A DNA stretch of 64,000 bases, taken from Amoebidium appalachense. Lineage: Eukaryota; Protista; Ichthyosporea. The DNA lies in NCBI GenBank assembly GCA_963693365.1, contig CAVNZM010000006.1, positions 8,683,355 to 8,747,354 of the forward strand. The letters run 5' to 3'. Made by a program: the position numbers and the translations under genes. This document shows positions 1 to 16,089 of the stretch, piece by piece. The number at the start of each line of letters is the position of its first letter. Position 1 is the first letter of the stretch. The notes below the pieces were generated by a model that did not search any database, was not told where the DNA came from, and saw nothing but the letters and a program-made list of their open reading frames with translations.

Positions 1-2
1 AT

Positions 3-183
3 GTCGAAATTCGGTGCACGGGAATTTCCATGGCGGAATGGCACCCGTTTACTATTGCGTCGACTCCCCTGGACAGCCATTTAGTGTTTTACATCAAAGC
101 AGAGAAGAATTGGACGTGGGAGCTGCATCGAAGGGCAAAGAGCTGCCCTGAGGATACCTGGTACCTCGGCCAGGTGTGTAGAG

Positions 184-224
<41 letters not shown>

Positions 225-256
225 AAAAAAAAAAAAAACACATACGCACACGCGCG

Positions 257-342
<86 letters not shown>

Positions 343-1296
343 CCATTGCTTTCTTATTTCTTCCATAATATACCACCTCTTATTGTATCCGAGGCCATGG
401 TGTGGATGTGTGTATGGGCCTTTTCTTTTTTTCTTTTTTTTTTCTTTTTCCCGCTATTTTCTTTCTTTCTTCTTTTCTTTATTTTTCTTTTTTTTTTTTT
501 TTATGTGGGGGCGGGGGGGGGGGGGGGGGGGGATCTGTATAAGGATAAGTATAATAAACGAAGAAAATGCATAAGACAGGAAGAAGAAATGGTTTTCACA
601 CAACCCAATTTCCATATTCAGGTCCACATCCGTGGACCGTACGGCGCGCCAGCACAGCACGTGGGGGACTTTGAAGACGTGCTTCTAATTGGCTCCGGTG
701 TGGGCATGACGCCATTCTGTTCTATTTATAACTCCCTGGCCGCCGGCGCGTGCCGCAAGACCCGCAACAACACCTTTATGTCTCGTGCAAGCTCATTCCT
801 CTACACCAAGTTCGGCCACACTTCCCCACCCCTCCTCTCAAGCAAAAAAACTGAAGAGATGAGTCTTCTGGTGAAAACCAGCTCTGTTCAGGCGATTTTA
901 GACCGTGCCGCCGTTGAGATTCAACACAGCAACGAGCGACCCATGCGCAAGAAACAAACTGAGCATGGGGAGAAGATACCGTCGGCTGATGCGCATCACG
1001 TGATCAATGTGAACGGCGTGGAGACCTTTGAGGATGATATTACACCCACAACGGCTGCTGTGGCTGCACAGCAAGTGGCAGAGGATGAGGAGCGGAGCCG
1101 TGCAAGGTGTGCATGCCTGTCTCCCCTCCTTCCCCTCCCCCATCCCCCCCCCCCCCCCCCCCCCCCCCCCCCGACGCTCCCCTTCTGCCCCTTCTTCTAT
1201 AGACACACCTGTCATCCCACCTCTGCTCCTTTCCATCCTCATGCATATGGTCACCCCAAAAAACCTTAGCTCCTTTGCTTCCTCCCCCCCTCTCCC

Positions 1297-1341
<45 letters not shown>

Positions 1342-2608
1342 ACCACCACCACCACCACCACCACCACCACCACCACCACGGACACATATGCACACACTAA
1401 TACCTGCTCCTTTCCAAAATTCTGCAATCACGCTCCATCTGACTTCTCCTTTCAACCCTGTAACGCATTCTAATCCCCCCCCCCCCCCCCCCCCCCCCCC
1501 CACCCACCCACCCCACCCCACCCCCCTCCTCAGGTGCTACCGGGACTACTGCCACTACAGCGACATGCGCCACTACGACCAGGGGGGGTTCTGGAAGGTC
1601 GAAAAAACCCGCATGTGGGTTGCCTATCTGCAGAGCCTGACCGTGCACATGGTCGGGTTGCTCTGGCAGTCCACCATGTTCTGCATCGTATTTCTGGGCC
1701 TATTCTTGGCCCAGTTCACATACCACCTCACTGCGTACATCCCCGACGACGCGGTACTGATCGGTATTGGGATTTTCCTTCTCGTCGTAAACTCGATTGA
1801 GACCGTTGTACTTCTCGTGCGATGGGTTCTTACGTATTATGTTTACGGTCGGCCATATGCTGTTTCCCGTTGCGGCATTCTTGATTTTGCTGCACTTCTT
1901 CCTCGAATGGCAAATTTGGCTTTGTGGGCACAGGCGGTTTACGGCGCATTAACGGAGAGGCACGACACGCTGCTTGGGAATATGGACGACGCGGCACACG
2001 AGGCATCCGAGGTGTCGTATTATGCCATGGCCGCGGGATTTTCGGAGGGGGTGCAAATGCTTCTGCTCATCACTAGAATGTTCTTTTACCGCTCGGTACT
2101 CTCTGCACCCGAGAAGACTTCATTGCGCAGCGGGCGTGGAGGTGCAAAAAACCCCCACGGACAGGCCGACACATCCAACAAGGACCCCCTTTCCCGCGAT
2201 AAAATGGTGCAAATTGTTTGGTGCTCTCAGACGGCGCAGCAGCTTTTGTGGTTTGTCGACGACGTCAGCGAACGCGAGACTCACCCAATGGAAAACGTCC
2301 ATATCGATTTTTACGTCACACGGCAGAAGAAGCGCCCCACTCGCCACGAGGAGGGCGGAGCCCAACTCAACAACGTATCGATCCAAAATTCCAAATTCCA
2401 CTTTGGAAACCGGCCGAACTGGGAGGATATCCTAAAAATCCGCCTGGCCGAGTTCACCGGCAAGACCGAAACCAAAACTTTGGGGGTGTTTGTTTGCGGT
2501 GGAAAACCACTGCAGGATGGGGTCAAGGGTGCTGCTAGGAGGGTGCAGAGGGCACACAGGTTGGCTGGCGGGCAGTGCCGTATTGTTGTGCGATGCGAAA
2601 ATTTCTGA
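3..2608 (+). CDS. NADPH oxidase / ferric reductase family protein (NOX-like), 5'-truncated by the window edge; FAD- and NADPH-binding domains with an internal hydrophobic insert
   Basis: Exons <3..173, 622..1106, 1534..2608; GT-AG introns with phases 0 and 2 match. Motifs: ISMAEWHPFTIAS (FAD binding), IRGPYGAP, LIGSGVGMTPF (GxGxTPF), VQIVW, FGNRPNW, LGVFVCGGKPL, C-terminal CENF. Confidence 0.92.
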
Positions 2609-2678
2609 TCGTGATTATTGTAATTGGCCGTAATGGTATTTCGTAGTTTTTCTGTAACGGTGGTGCTTTTTTAGAATT

Positions 2679-2792
2679 TAATAGTGGGGTTTTCTTCTTT
2701 TCCAGTTTTGTGCGTTTTCGTAGTTTGAATACATCTAATAGTGGGGTTTTCTTCTTTTCCAGTTTTGTGCGGTTTCTTAGTTTGAATACATC
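2679..2792. repeat. 57-bp direct tandem duplication in the probable NOX 3' UTR
   Basis: TAATAGTGGGGTTTTCTTCTTTTCCAGTTTTGTGCG...TAGTTTGAATACATC starts at 2679 and again at 2736, with about 2 mismatches. Confidence 0.9.
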
Positions 2793-3391
2793 TTTTTTGC
2801 TGAATGAGTAACTAAATCTAAACGTATTACGTACGACATTTTTTTTTTTTTTTTTTTTTTTTACAACTAATGATATATGAGCCCATCAACATTGGGCAAA
2901 TGATTTTCAAAAATAATATAATATATACACTGTCAGGTACTACGTGTTTGTTTGACAAATCTGTATCATGCTACGCCGGCTGGCCAGGCTAGTAGCTTGA
3001 AATATGAGCTATAATGTGCATATGTGTACTAATACAAACCCATTTGAGTGTCCTGGGCCACTAAATGATAACACTCCGCAGAGTTCTTTGTGTGTGTTCG
3101 TGGGCGTGTGCGTGAGTCTGACTTAGCGTTTGTGTGTGTCCATGCGTGTGCGTGGGGACACCTGTGTTGGTGTGTGTGTGTGTGTGTGTGTGAGCGCGCG
3201 CGCGCGTGTGTGTGTGTGTGTGTGCTCACGGATGTGTGTGCAATCACAAGTGTGTGTGTGTGTGTGTGTGTGTGTTGGTGTGTGTGTGCACGTGTGCACA
3301 CGGTGTGCATATGAGTCACGGCGTTGTGTGTGTCGTGGACGTGTGCGTGAGTCAGCTTTTGTGTGTGCACACGCTCGGGGTCACGTGTGTT

Positions 3392-3481
<90 letters not shown>

Positions 3482-5280
3482 CGCGCGTGTGTGCACATAC
3501 GTGTTTTTTCCTTCTTCTCCTTTTGAAGGGGTGGAGGGAGAGGGGGGGGGGAGAGGGGGAGGGGGGGGGGGGGGGGGGGGGGGGGAAGGGGAATCCCGGA
3601 GGGGGGGACCCCGGGTGGGGCACATGTGGTTTGAAGTGTATGTGTATAGTCAAATGCATGCATACGTGTACGAGTATCGGCCATGCATAGTACGCACAAC
3701 GCACTCAAGGGCCAAGTATATAGCAATTTGCACTATGATATACAAGCATCATCATATATTTGACAGGCCCGCAGCCGCTGGCCACTAGCAGGCCTAATTA
3801 GATCTGTAGCAATTGGCTACCAATTGGTGATTTTAGGACGGCCATATTGCACATGCACAATGTGATGTGCACAGCCCCCCCCCCCAAAAAAGAGAGAAAG
3901 CCTGAGAAGAAGAGGAAGAAGAAAAAGAAACCAAACGATTAGCTACTTTCTTCGCTAGCCTTTGAAAGTCGCACATTACTGTGCTACACAGCCAATGGCT
4001 AGGTAGATACTGTACAGCCGTATTTGCTCTGTCAATATATACTTCAAAAGCCACTCTATGAAATACCCGCTCGTGCATATCATATAACGTCGATACCGGA
4101 ATATGGGTTCACACATGCACACACAGCGCGCGCGTGCGCTTGAGTTTGGACAGACTGGCACACACTTGCACCCACACCGTTTTTCAACTGTAGTACATTA
4201 ACGACATCTCGGAATTCAAGCTCATTCGATGAAGTCGTGATTTCTCAGGGTTAGCCGGTGCCAACATTTTAGGCACTTTAGTATTGCTTAGGCTAACGAA
4301 TGTTACAACTTTCATGTTTGGATTGTCGTCTGCTGTTTGTCGTATGGAGGAATTGTCTCTTCGTTTTTGTTTTCATTTAGTTAGGATACCTGATGGTCAC
4401 CCTCTTTATGCTTTCCTTCCCCCCCTCCCTCCATCCCTCTTCCCCCCGATCCACCAACGCTACTTCTGAATGTCCTCAGCCTACCCTCTTTCAACCTGAT
4501 TCTTCCTCTCGCTATCTCACTCCCTCTTTCTTTTCTCTTCCTGTTTTTTCTGCCTTTTCGCGTCATTACCATACGCAGTTTAAGTTTCTTTCTCGTTCTG
4601 ATAGAGAAATCAAGGTAAAACTCAGTCGGCATGTGTTATGTTCCTTAGGCAACACCGTACTGATCATTATCGCTTTTTGGGAGCTTTGGCAGGATATATT
4701 TCTCCTGCTGTACGTATGGATACCACCCTAGTAGATAAGTCTGTATGGTGCTCTGATGTTGATATTGCCTGGGAAGTTGTGCAGTGGCGTTGTAACTTTT
4801 GTTTCCATCGCCGCTGGTGCCACTTGTGTGCTGAACTTTTTAATTGCAAGCATGTTAATAGGTGTGAGTTTTTATGCCGCGTTTTACCTCTTTCCCTACG
4901 GGTCTCTGCTACACTGGCTGGCAATGTGACCACTTTAGACTTTTTGTTGAATTCTGTTGGTCGTCACATTGAGTATTTATATGATTTTCACACAGTGTTC
5001 AGGTATCTCAGTATGCACTTGTTACTGGATAACTCGTAAAGTTTTTATTGTCTTCTCAGGATGCGTGCATACTTGCATGTCTTTCCGTCGAATAAATCCA
5101 GTCAAAAGAAAAAAAACTTTCATGGGGCGCCCAACACTGGGGCCCCCAATTTACCATTGTACACTAGGTATTTGCCTTTAGAAGACATCCAAAAATACAC
5201 ACATGTTATCCGAGACCTACAAAAAACCTAAGGGGCTTCTGAGGCTTTGGCAAACCTAAAATCATTAGTCTCCCGGGGAC

Positions 5281-5339
<59 letters not shown>

Positions 5340-5528
5340 AAATAGCTGTTCCTACCTGTCACCTCACAGTCATACGAGCTGCCATGTTCTTTACCTCCTT
5401 TCTCCATTCCAGTGCAACGGCTACCAAAAACAACTGTCGTTTGACTTCATTCGTGCATACTATTGGCAACCCTCCCCCCCCCCCCCCCCCCCCCCCCCCC
5501 CTTCCCCCCCCCCCCCCCTCCCCCCCCC

Positions 5529-5559
<31 letters not shown>

Positions 5560-5748
5560 ACAAAAAAAAAAAAAACTCTATAAGCTACTATGCTATTATT
5601 CATAGTATTTATGAATGAATCGAGAGGTTAGGTGAAAACCATAATGAAAATAATAGACCTTAAATAGATTACCAGAGAGGCAAAAAGCACCGTCATTCGA
5701 TAAGGTTGGGCACCGGCCGTGGGGCACACTCGGTGTCTAGGGCCGTGC

Positions 5749-10056
<4,308 letters not shown>

Positions 10057-10951
10057 GTTGGCAAGCACTTATGTGTGTATATAAACTAATCTACATGTCA
10101 AAGTAGGGGAAAAAATGGTTGGGTACCGGTGTCACTCGATCAGATCTAATAGCTGGATGGCAAGTGTTGCATGTTTGATTCTGAATTCACACCGTTTGTT
10201 TACGCTCGTGTGGCAGTTTGACGGCCAAAAAACAAGGAAAGAACCTATTTATTAGATAGAGAACGCTTCAATTATTCTGTCGAGACTCACCCTCTAAACC
10301 TTAGAAATCAATGGAGGAAAGTGAGATTGGACCTTACTACTTCAAACTGGATCTTTGAGTTAAACCCAATGACCTCGAGCTCGAGCTCGTACCAGATTTG
10401 GCCAGGTTTCAAGAAACATCTTTCTTCAGGCATGAAAATGTTTTCTGTGACATATGAAAATAGAAATCCACACCCAAACTTTTCCTACACAGACTGAACG
10501 TTCCTGGTCATCATGAAGATTTGTGTTTCGGAAAGTCCCAGCTGGTGCGAAAGCTCAAAAGGCTGCAGCCAATCAGCGACAATAAAGCCGATGCGCGCTC
10601 CTCCAATCGTTTCGTAGAAGAATCTATTTTTGGCACCCTCATTAATTTATGTACCTATTCTTAGCACCTGACGTCATACGGCGTCAAGAGCCAGGATCCG
10701 CTCCGGCTCCAACAGTTGTGGTTGTCGACGTCTCGAAGAAATTAAAAAACAGGACTAATAAGGCTGACCCTAAACCTCCTGAGGTAACTTTTAGTTTGCC
10801 CTTTTTACACAGCGGAGGAGGTTTCATTGCTCAAACGCTTGCTTTTAATGCAGAAGCTGTAATCTGTGGGACACGAGGATCTCTGCACCAGCCTTGAACT
10901 GAACTTTACACCCCATTGTAAATCCTGTTCTGCCTTCGTATAATCTCGACG
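10057..10951. promoter_or_regulatory. Bidirectional promoter region between the two tetraspan genes
   Basis: ~0.9 kb free of microsatellites between divergent start codons. CCAATC at about 10569 and 10603, a perfect TGACGTCA (CRE-like) at 10669..10676, and a possible 5'UTR intron at 10784..10853. Confidence 0.6.
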
Positions 10952-12997
10952 ATGTGGAACTGCAACATGGCAGCCATTCGCCTGGTGGGGCTCATAACCA
11001 TGGGCTCTGTGTTCATTTGTACCGTAGCAACTGTCATCGGCCTGCTGACGACTGACTGGTTCGTCAGCGATACCATAAATGGTAGGTTTACTTTTTTTGG
11101 CTGGGATGCATGGTTAAGACGACCCTGCTTTCGTTATTGTTTTATTGCTTCAGGAGTTCAAACATGTCGTTCTTATTGGGCCTTACATTAAATGGTTACT
11201 TCCCACGGTCCTGGGACTGTGGAGCGCCACACGTTTGCTTTTCTAGTGAGAGGAGCGGGTCATTAGGGGGCTAGCCACAAGCCAGCATGTTCTGATGCCT
11301 CTCTCCACAGTTGGAATTGCGTCAGGGTGCTCGGCACGGAACGTGACCACCGAGGTGCACATTGGTGGGCAGAACTCAACTGTGGTGACCATCACTTTCT
11401 GCACCCACTTCAGCGTTTCTGATCTGCAGGGCCCGCTTGAAAAGGTATTTGCGGCCCTTTTATTCCCCCCCCCCCCCCCCCCCTCCCCCCCTCCCCTCTC
11501 CCCTTCCCCCCCCTCCCCCTTCTCCCCCCCCTCTTCCCCCCCCCCGCCCCTACCAACCTCTTTTTCCCCTCCCCGATTCTACCGACACCCTTTCTTTCTT
11601 TTCTTTCCCCCCTCCCCCCCCCCCCCCCCCCTCCCCCCTCACCACCACCACCACCACCATCACCACCAACCAACTCTTTTTCCCCTCCCCGATTCTACCG
11701 ACACCCTTTCTTTCTTTTCTTTCCCCCCCTCCCCCCCCCCCCCCCCTCCCCCCCCCCCCTCACCACCACCACCACCACCACCACCACCACCACCACCCAA
11801 TCACCCGCCCCTCCGGCCAACGTTACCTGATCTCCTCGACTTGTCCTTTCATCCACCTTCGTCGATGGAGCTCAAATCTCTGTTGCCGTATGATTTTGGG
11901 CCACAACACCGTATTTCATTTCAAGATCTACATGCATGCTCTTGGAGGAGGGAAGGGGGGAAGGGGGGGGGGGGGGGGGGGGGGGGGGGGGAGGGGGGGG
12001 AAGGGGGGGGGAAGGAGAGGAAGCGGTGTCTGGGACGTCGCACTCTAGATATTGTGCCCCTGTGGGACAAACACCCTTTCGACATTGGCCTCTTTTCAGC
12101 AACCCTGCCCCCCTTCCCTCCCCCCTCCCCCCTCCCCCCCCCCCCCCCCACCCTCTCGCCTCCAGCCCAAATTGGCACACGTGCCACAACACACACACAC
12201 ACACACACACCGCTCTCGCGCGCGCATACCCCCCCCCCCCCCTTCAGAGGTGTCCTTTCAGGACAGACCACTGTGTGGAGACCGCTTTACTTCCATGCAA
12301 CCGGGCATGGTTGCTCTGTGTCGTGCATCTGTAAGCACATACACATTTTTCGCTGCACTGCATTAGTTTGCACACACATCTTCACCGTTTTGCTCACCTT
12401 GCTTGCATAAGCAACCCTGCTCGTCTTTGATCAAGACGGGTTGACCCGCCCAAGCTCAGTTGATGCTGCTGTCTGAGTTGGAGTGTCGTATATACGCGGG
12501 CTAAGGGGTCGAAACTCAGACGCAATTGATGACTTGGGTCCTCCCTGAGGATGGGCTCTGCTTATGACGCATACTGTGCACATGGCTGATGTTGCATACT
12601 TGAATGTTTGCCTTTGCATGTGTCCTGCACCATGCTTCTCGTCGTGTATGCGTACTTTGTACCGTGTTCCGCATTCAAACCCCCCCCCCCCCCCCCCCTC
12701 TCTCCCTCCGACGGCGAGGGGGGTACAAGTGGGGGCAAATTACACATAAACCACGTCTCTCGCCTTTGCCTCCGCCACTCAACCCCTCACACGGCTCAGA
12801 ATCCCCTTTCCTCCAATTTGTTCACCTGTCTAAACGAAATTTCATTTCATTTTTAATGTCTTTGTGGTTTGCAGATTATCTTTGGGCTCCTGGTGACCAG
12901 CATTCTGCTTGGTCTGGGGGCACTGTTCAACCTTCTGTTTGCAATGTGCAAGCGCCTGGGTGGCCTGAACTTCTACATGCTCGCCTTCAACGTATGC

Positions 12998-13033
<36 letters not shown>

Positions 13034-13507
13034 CTCCCCCTCGTTCCCTTTCTTCGGACTCTGTGACACATTCTAGATTGCCCTCCTCGCCCCCTTCAAT
13101 CCCCCTCTTCCCCAGCCCTACTACCACTGAGGCTCATCTACACAAATTCACGTAAACCCTCCATGCATCCACCCACACAGGCTCATACACATATGCAAAC
13201 GGACACGCGGGATGTGCACACACGCAAAAACAAATAAACGATGCGTTGCACACTACAAGCAACATCGTTCCATTCTTTACTGCTGTATACCCGGTTTTCC
13301 CCCTTTTCAAGGGCATGATCTAGGTGCATATGAAATATACCCTTACCTATGAATCCCATGGAGAAAATTCGGCGCAAAATAAGGATGGCAGAGAAATCAA
13401 GCAAACTGATTGGTAATCAAAGAAAAAGGGCACAAGATGGGACGCGATGGGAAGATACGTAGGCTAACTAGTTCGGGGTTCTGCATGCACGTAAATGAAC
13501 TTATGAA

Positions 13508-13542
<35 letters not shown>

Positions 13543-13729
13543 TCCCCCCTAGCCCTCTCTCGTTTTTCCCCTTCTCTAACTCTTACGTGGTTGCACAAAG
13601 GCACACAAAATAATAGCGTAACTGAACATCCCCTCCCCGCCCCCCTCTTCCCCCCCCCCCCCCCCCCTGCACACACCCAAGCGAGCTCACACACTCGTGA
13701 CGCGCACACTGATTTAATGCCCATTCCAA

Positions 13730-13810
<81 letters not shown>

Positions 13811-13995
13811 CTGGACTTCTTGCGGCGGTGCTTGTTCTGTTTGCAGCGCGGCACGATTTCCAGGCGCCCTACGACACACATGTGGGCTACTCGTACTATG
13901 TGATGATGGTCGATACGGCTCTGACCCTGGTGAATGCCTTCTTGTGCACCTGGATAGACAAGACACAGCTGAGGGAGTACCAGCGCCTAGAGTAG
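10952..13995 (+). CDS. Claudin/PMP22-superfamily four-transmembrane protein (~188 aa) with a C-terminal YQRL motif
   Basis: Exons 10952..11081, 11311..11444, 12875..12991, 13810..13995 (567 nt, phases 1,0,0). TM1 followed by TTDW...VGIASGC...FC, GYSYY before TM4, and the protein ends REYQRLE. Confidence 0.85.
11553..11795. repeat. ~118-bp intronic tandem duplication (pyrimidine-rich unit ending in poly-C and (CAC)n)
   Basis: CTCTTTTTCCCCTCCCCGATTCTACCGACACCCTTTCTTTCTTTTCTTTCCCCCC occurs twice, at about 11558 and 11674. Confidence 0.85.
12293..12698 (+). mobile_element. Dispersed non-coding repeat, 387 bp plus C19 tail (copy 1)
   Basis: Colinear with 44207..44612, about 12 substitutions and no indels by eye (~97%). 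Both copies end CGCATTCAAA followed by 19 C. No TIR, TSD or ORF recognised. Confidence 0.8.
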
Positions 13996-14920
13996 ATATC
14001 TCATTTGTGTGGTTGCCTGATTTGGCATTGTTTCCGTGTTTGGCGTGTTTGTCTTATTTGGTGTGGTGGTCTTGTTTGGCGTGCTTGCCTTCTTTGGCAC
14101 CAAGAACCTTCTTCAACGTGTTTGCCTTGTCTTGGTGTTTCGGCACATTGCCTCTCGCTTGGGCAAGGTCCCCTATATTGGGTTCTTGTTTGTTGCCTTG
14201 AGCGTAGAGCGTAGTTGAGCATTTGCTTATGCCTTAAATCGATGCACCCAATAAGGTTGCTTCGATTTTGCCGATCCCTATCGTGTTGCCATGTAGTATA
14301 ACCCTGTATCCATGTTTGCTGATGACCCAATACTTTAACATACGAGACACAGTTGCGGGGTTGGCAAGCGGAAAAGGAGGTCCCTTGATTTGTTTCCTTA
14401 TTTACCTATTGAATGAATAATGTTAGTAATAGTGCATTTGGCAGTTTTGAGATTAGTTTATCCGGTTGCAAGTCTATTGCAGGGAGGTGTGTGCAGGGTA
14501 GGTGACGTGTCAAAGAAAAATTGGTAGCTCTAGATGGCTATGTATATCCAAATATGAACCCCCGAGATAAAGGGAGGGCAGTAGGTGGTCGTGTGGCAAC
14601 GACGCCATGAATCGACCCGTGGCAAAAGGCAAGCCCGACCCGAAGAAGCCTTGACTATATGAAAGAGCTTGAGTGCACGTATACGTATGGGGGTGTATGC
14701 ATGGAGGGCTTGGGAAAGCCGGGTTGCATGAGGTGAGATGGGGATACGTACGGGGGGTGATCACGCCATTTGAGGGGGCTGAAGAATCCGGAGATAGCCT
14801 ATTTCAAGTACATGGTCGAGTTCTTAAACATAGTATGTGCCGTTTCGGAAGGCCCGGCGGACAGAGCTCTGTGGTGCAAGATCAGTATCTCATTTGTTAT
14901 TACTAAAACTATTATTATGT

Positions 14921-14952
<32 letters not shown>

Positions 14953-15252
14953 CGTGTGTGTGTGTGTGTTTGTGTACGTGTGTGTGTGTGTGTTATTGGC
15001 GGCTGGGGGGGTACATGGAGGGCCTAGGAAAGTTAACCTTAGGTTGGGGCGGTGACAGTACATAAATGTGCTGCAGGCCGAGGGACATAGGCCTAGGGGC
15101 GTACTGATGCTCTAGTGTTTGGAAGGTCACGGGATGGCCTTGGATAACCATAGGGCCAAGGCCGGCGGGTTGGGTTGGGTTTGGGGGGATTCCCTTTAGC
15201 AACATACCATGAAACCAATTCCACCCCCCCACCCCCCACTCCTCCACTCCCA

Positions 15253-15323
15253 CCCCGGACCACCACCACCACGGTCAACATTTCTCCCCGGCCGTTTCTT
15301 GACCTGAGTATCCCACAAAGCAG

Positions 15324-15356
<33 letters not shown>

Positions 15357-15543
15357 TTCGTCCTTCCCGGACCACCACCACCCGGTTTTTTGACCTGAGT
15401 ACCGGTACCCTACCGACAGAGCACTCCCCCCCTTCCCCCCCCCCCCCCCCCCCGGGCCCCCTCCTCCCCGGACCACCACCAGCCTGATTCGACCTGGGTA
15501 TGCTACCGAACAGCCCCCCCCCCCCCCCCCCCCCCCCCCCCCC
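15253..15543. repeat. Degenerate ~100-115-bp three-unit tandem repeat with poly-C spacers
   Basis: CCCGGACCACCACCA...GACCTG(A/G)GTA...Cn recurs at about 15254, 15366 and 15467. Confidence 0.75.
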
Positions 15544-16089
15544 TTCCACCCAGCCGCTGCTTCCCCATAAGGTGTGTTAATACCGAGGCTCCGGTGCTCT
15601 CAACTCGCGCAAGTTACTTAAGCCGTTCAATATTCAACCCCGGCACCCCGTCGCCTAGGCCCACAACCAGCTCTAGTGGTCGAGTGTGCAATAGCGAAGG
15701 GAGACACGGCAGCTGGGGACTGTAAAGAAGCCCATTCATGCACGTTTGCGGTTGCCCTGCCACAATGACCGGCTCATTTATTCCTTATCCGACCAGCCTA
15801 CTTTGTCTAGTGACCGGTGAACATTTACTGTCATACTATGTATACGGCATCTAGATCTTGTTAAATGTTTCTTAGACACCATCTGCATATGCTGTCCAAG
15901 AATGACTCACAGTTAAAAGAAACTCAAGTGCATTTCCAACTATACAACGGTGCATCATCAAGCAGCGGAAATGAAAAACGCTCCACGTTTCCAATTTCTT
16001 ACTAGAAAGCTTCTTGACAAAAAGACTCTGTAGAAACATACGTGACGATCTGATGTCTCTGGTGAGGTCACACAGCGTTGGTGGGCCCG

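Noticed and set aside
3029-3788. Numerous ORFs encoding poly-HT, poly-CV, poly-P or poly-G, here and throughout the window
   Set aside because: Stop-free translations of (CA)n/(TG)n and C/G homopolymers, overlapping in all frames with no protein-like content.
4284-5181. Cluster of short non-repetitive ORFs between NOX and the first tetraspan gene
   Set aside because: T-rich with no recognisable motifs, and I could not build a consistent exon chain.
14001-14330. ORFs with repeated CL/VW motifs after the second tetraspan gene
   Set aside because: Low-complexity TTG/GTT-rich sequence immediately after a stop codon, most likely 3' UTR.
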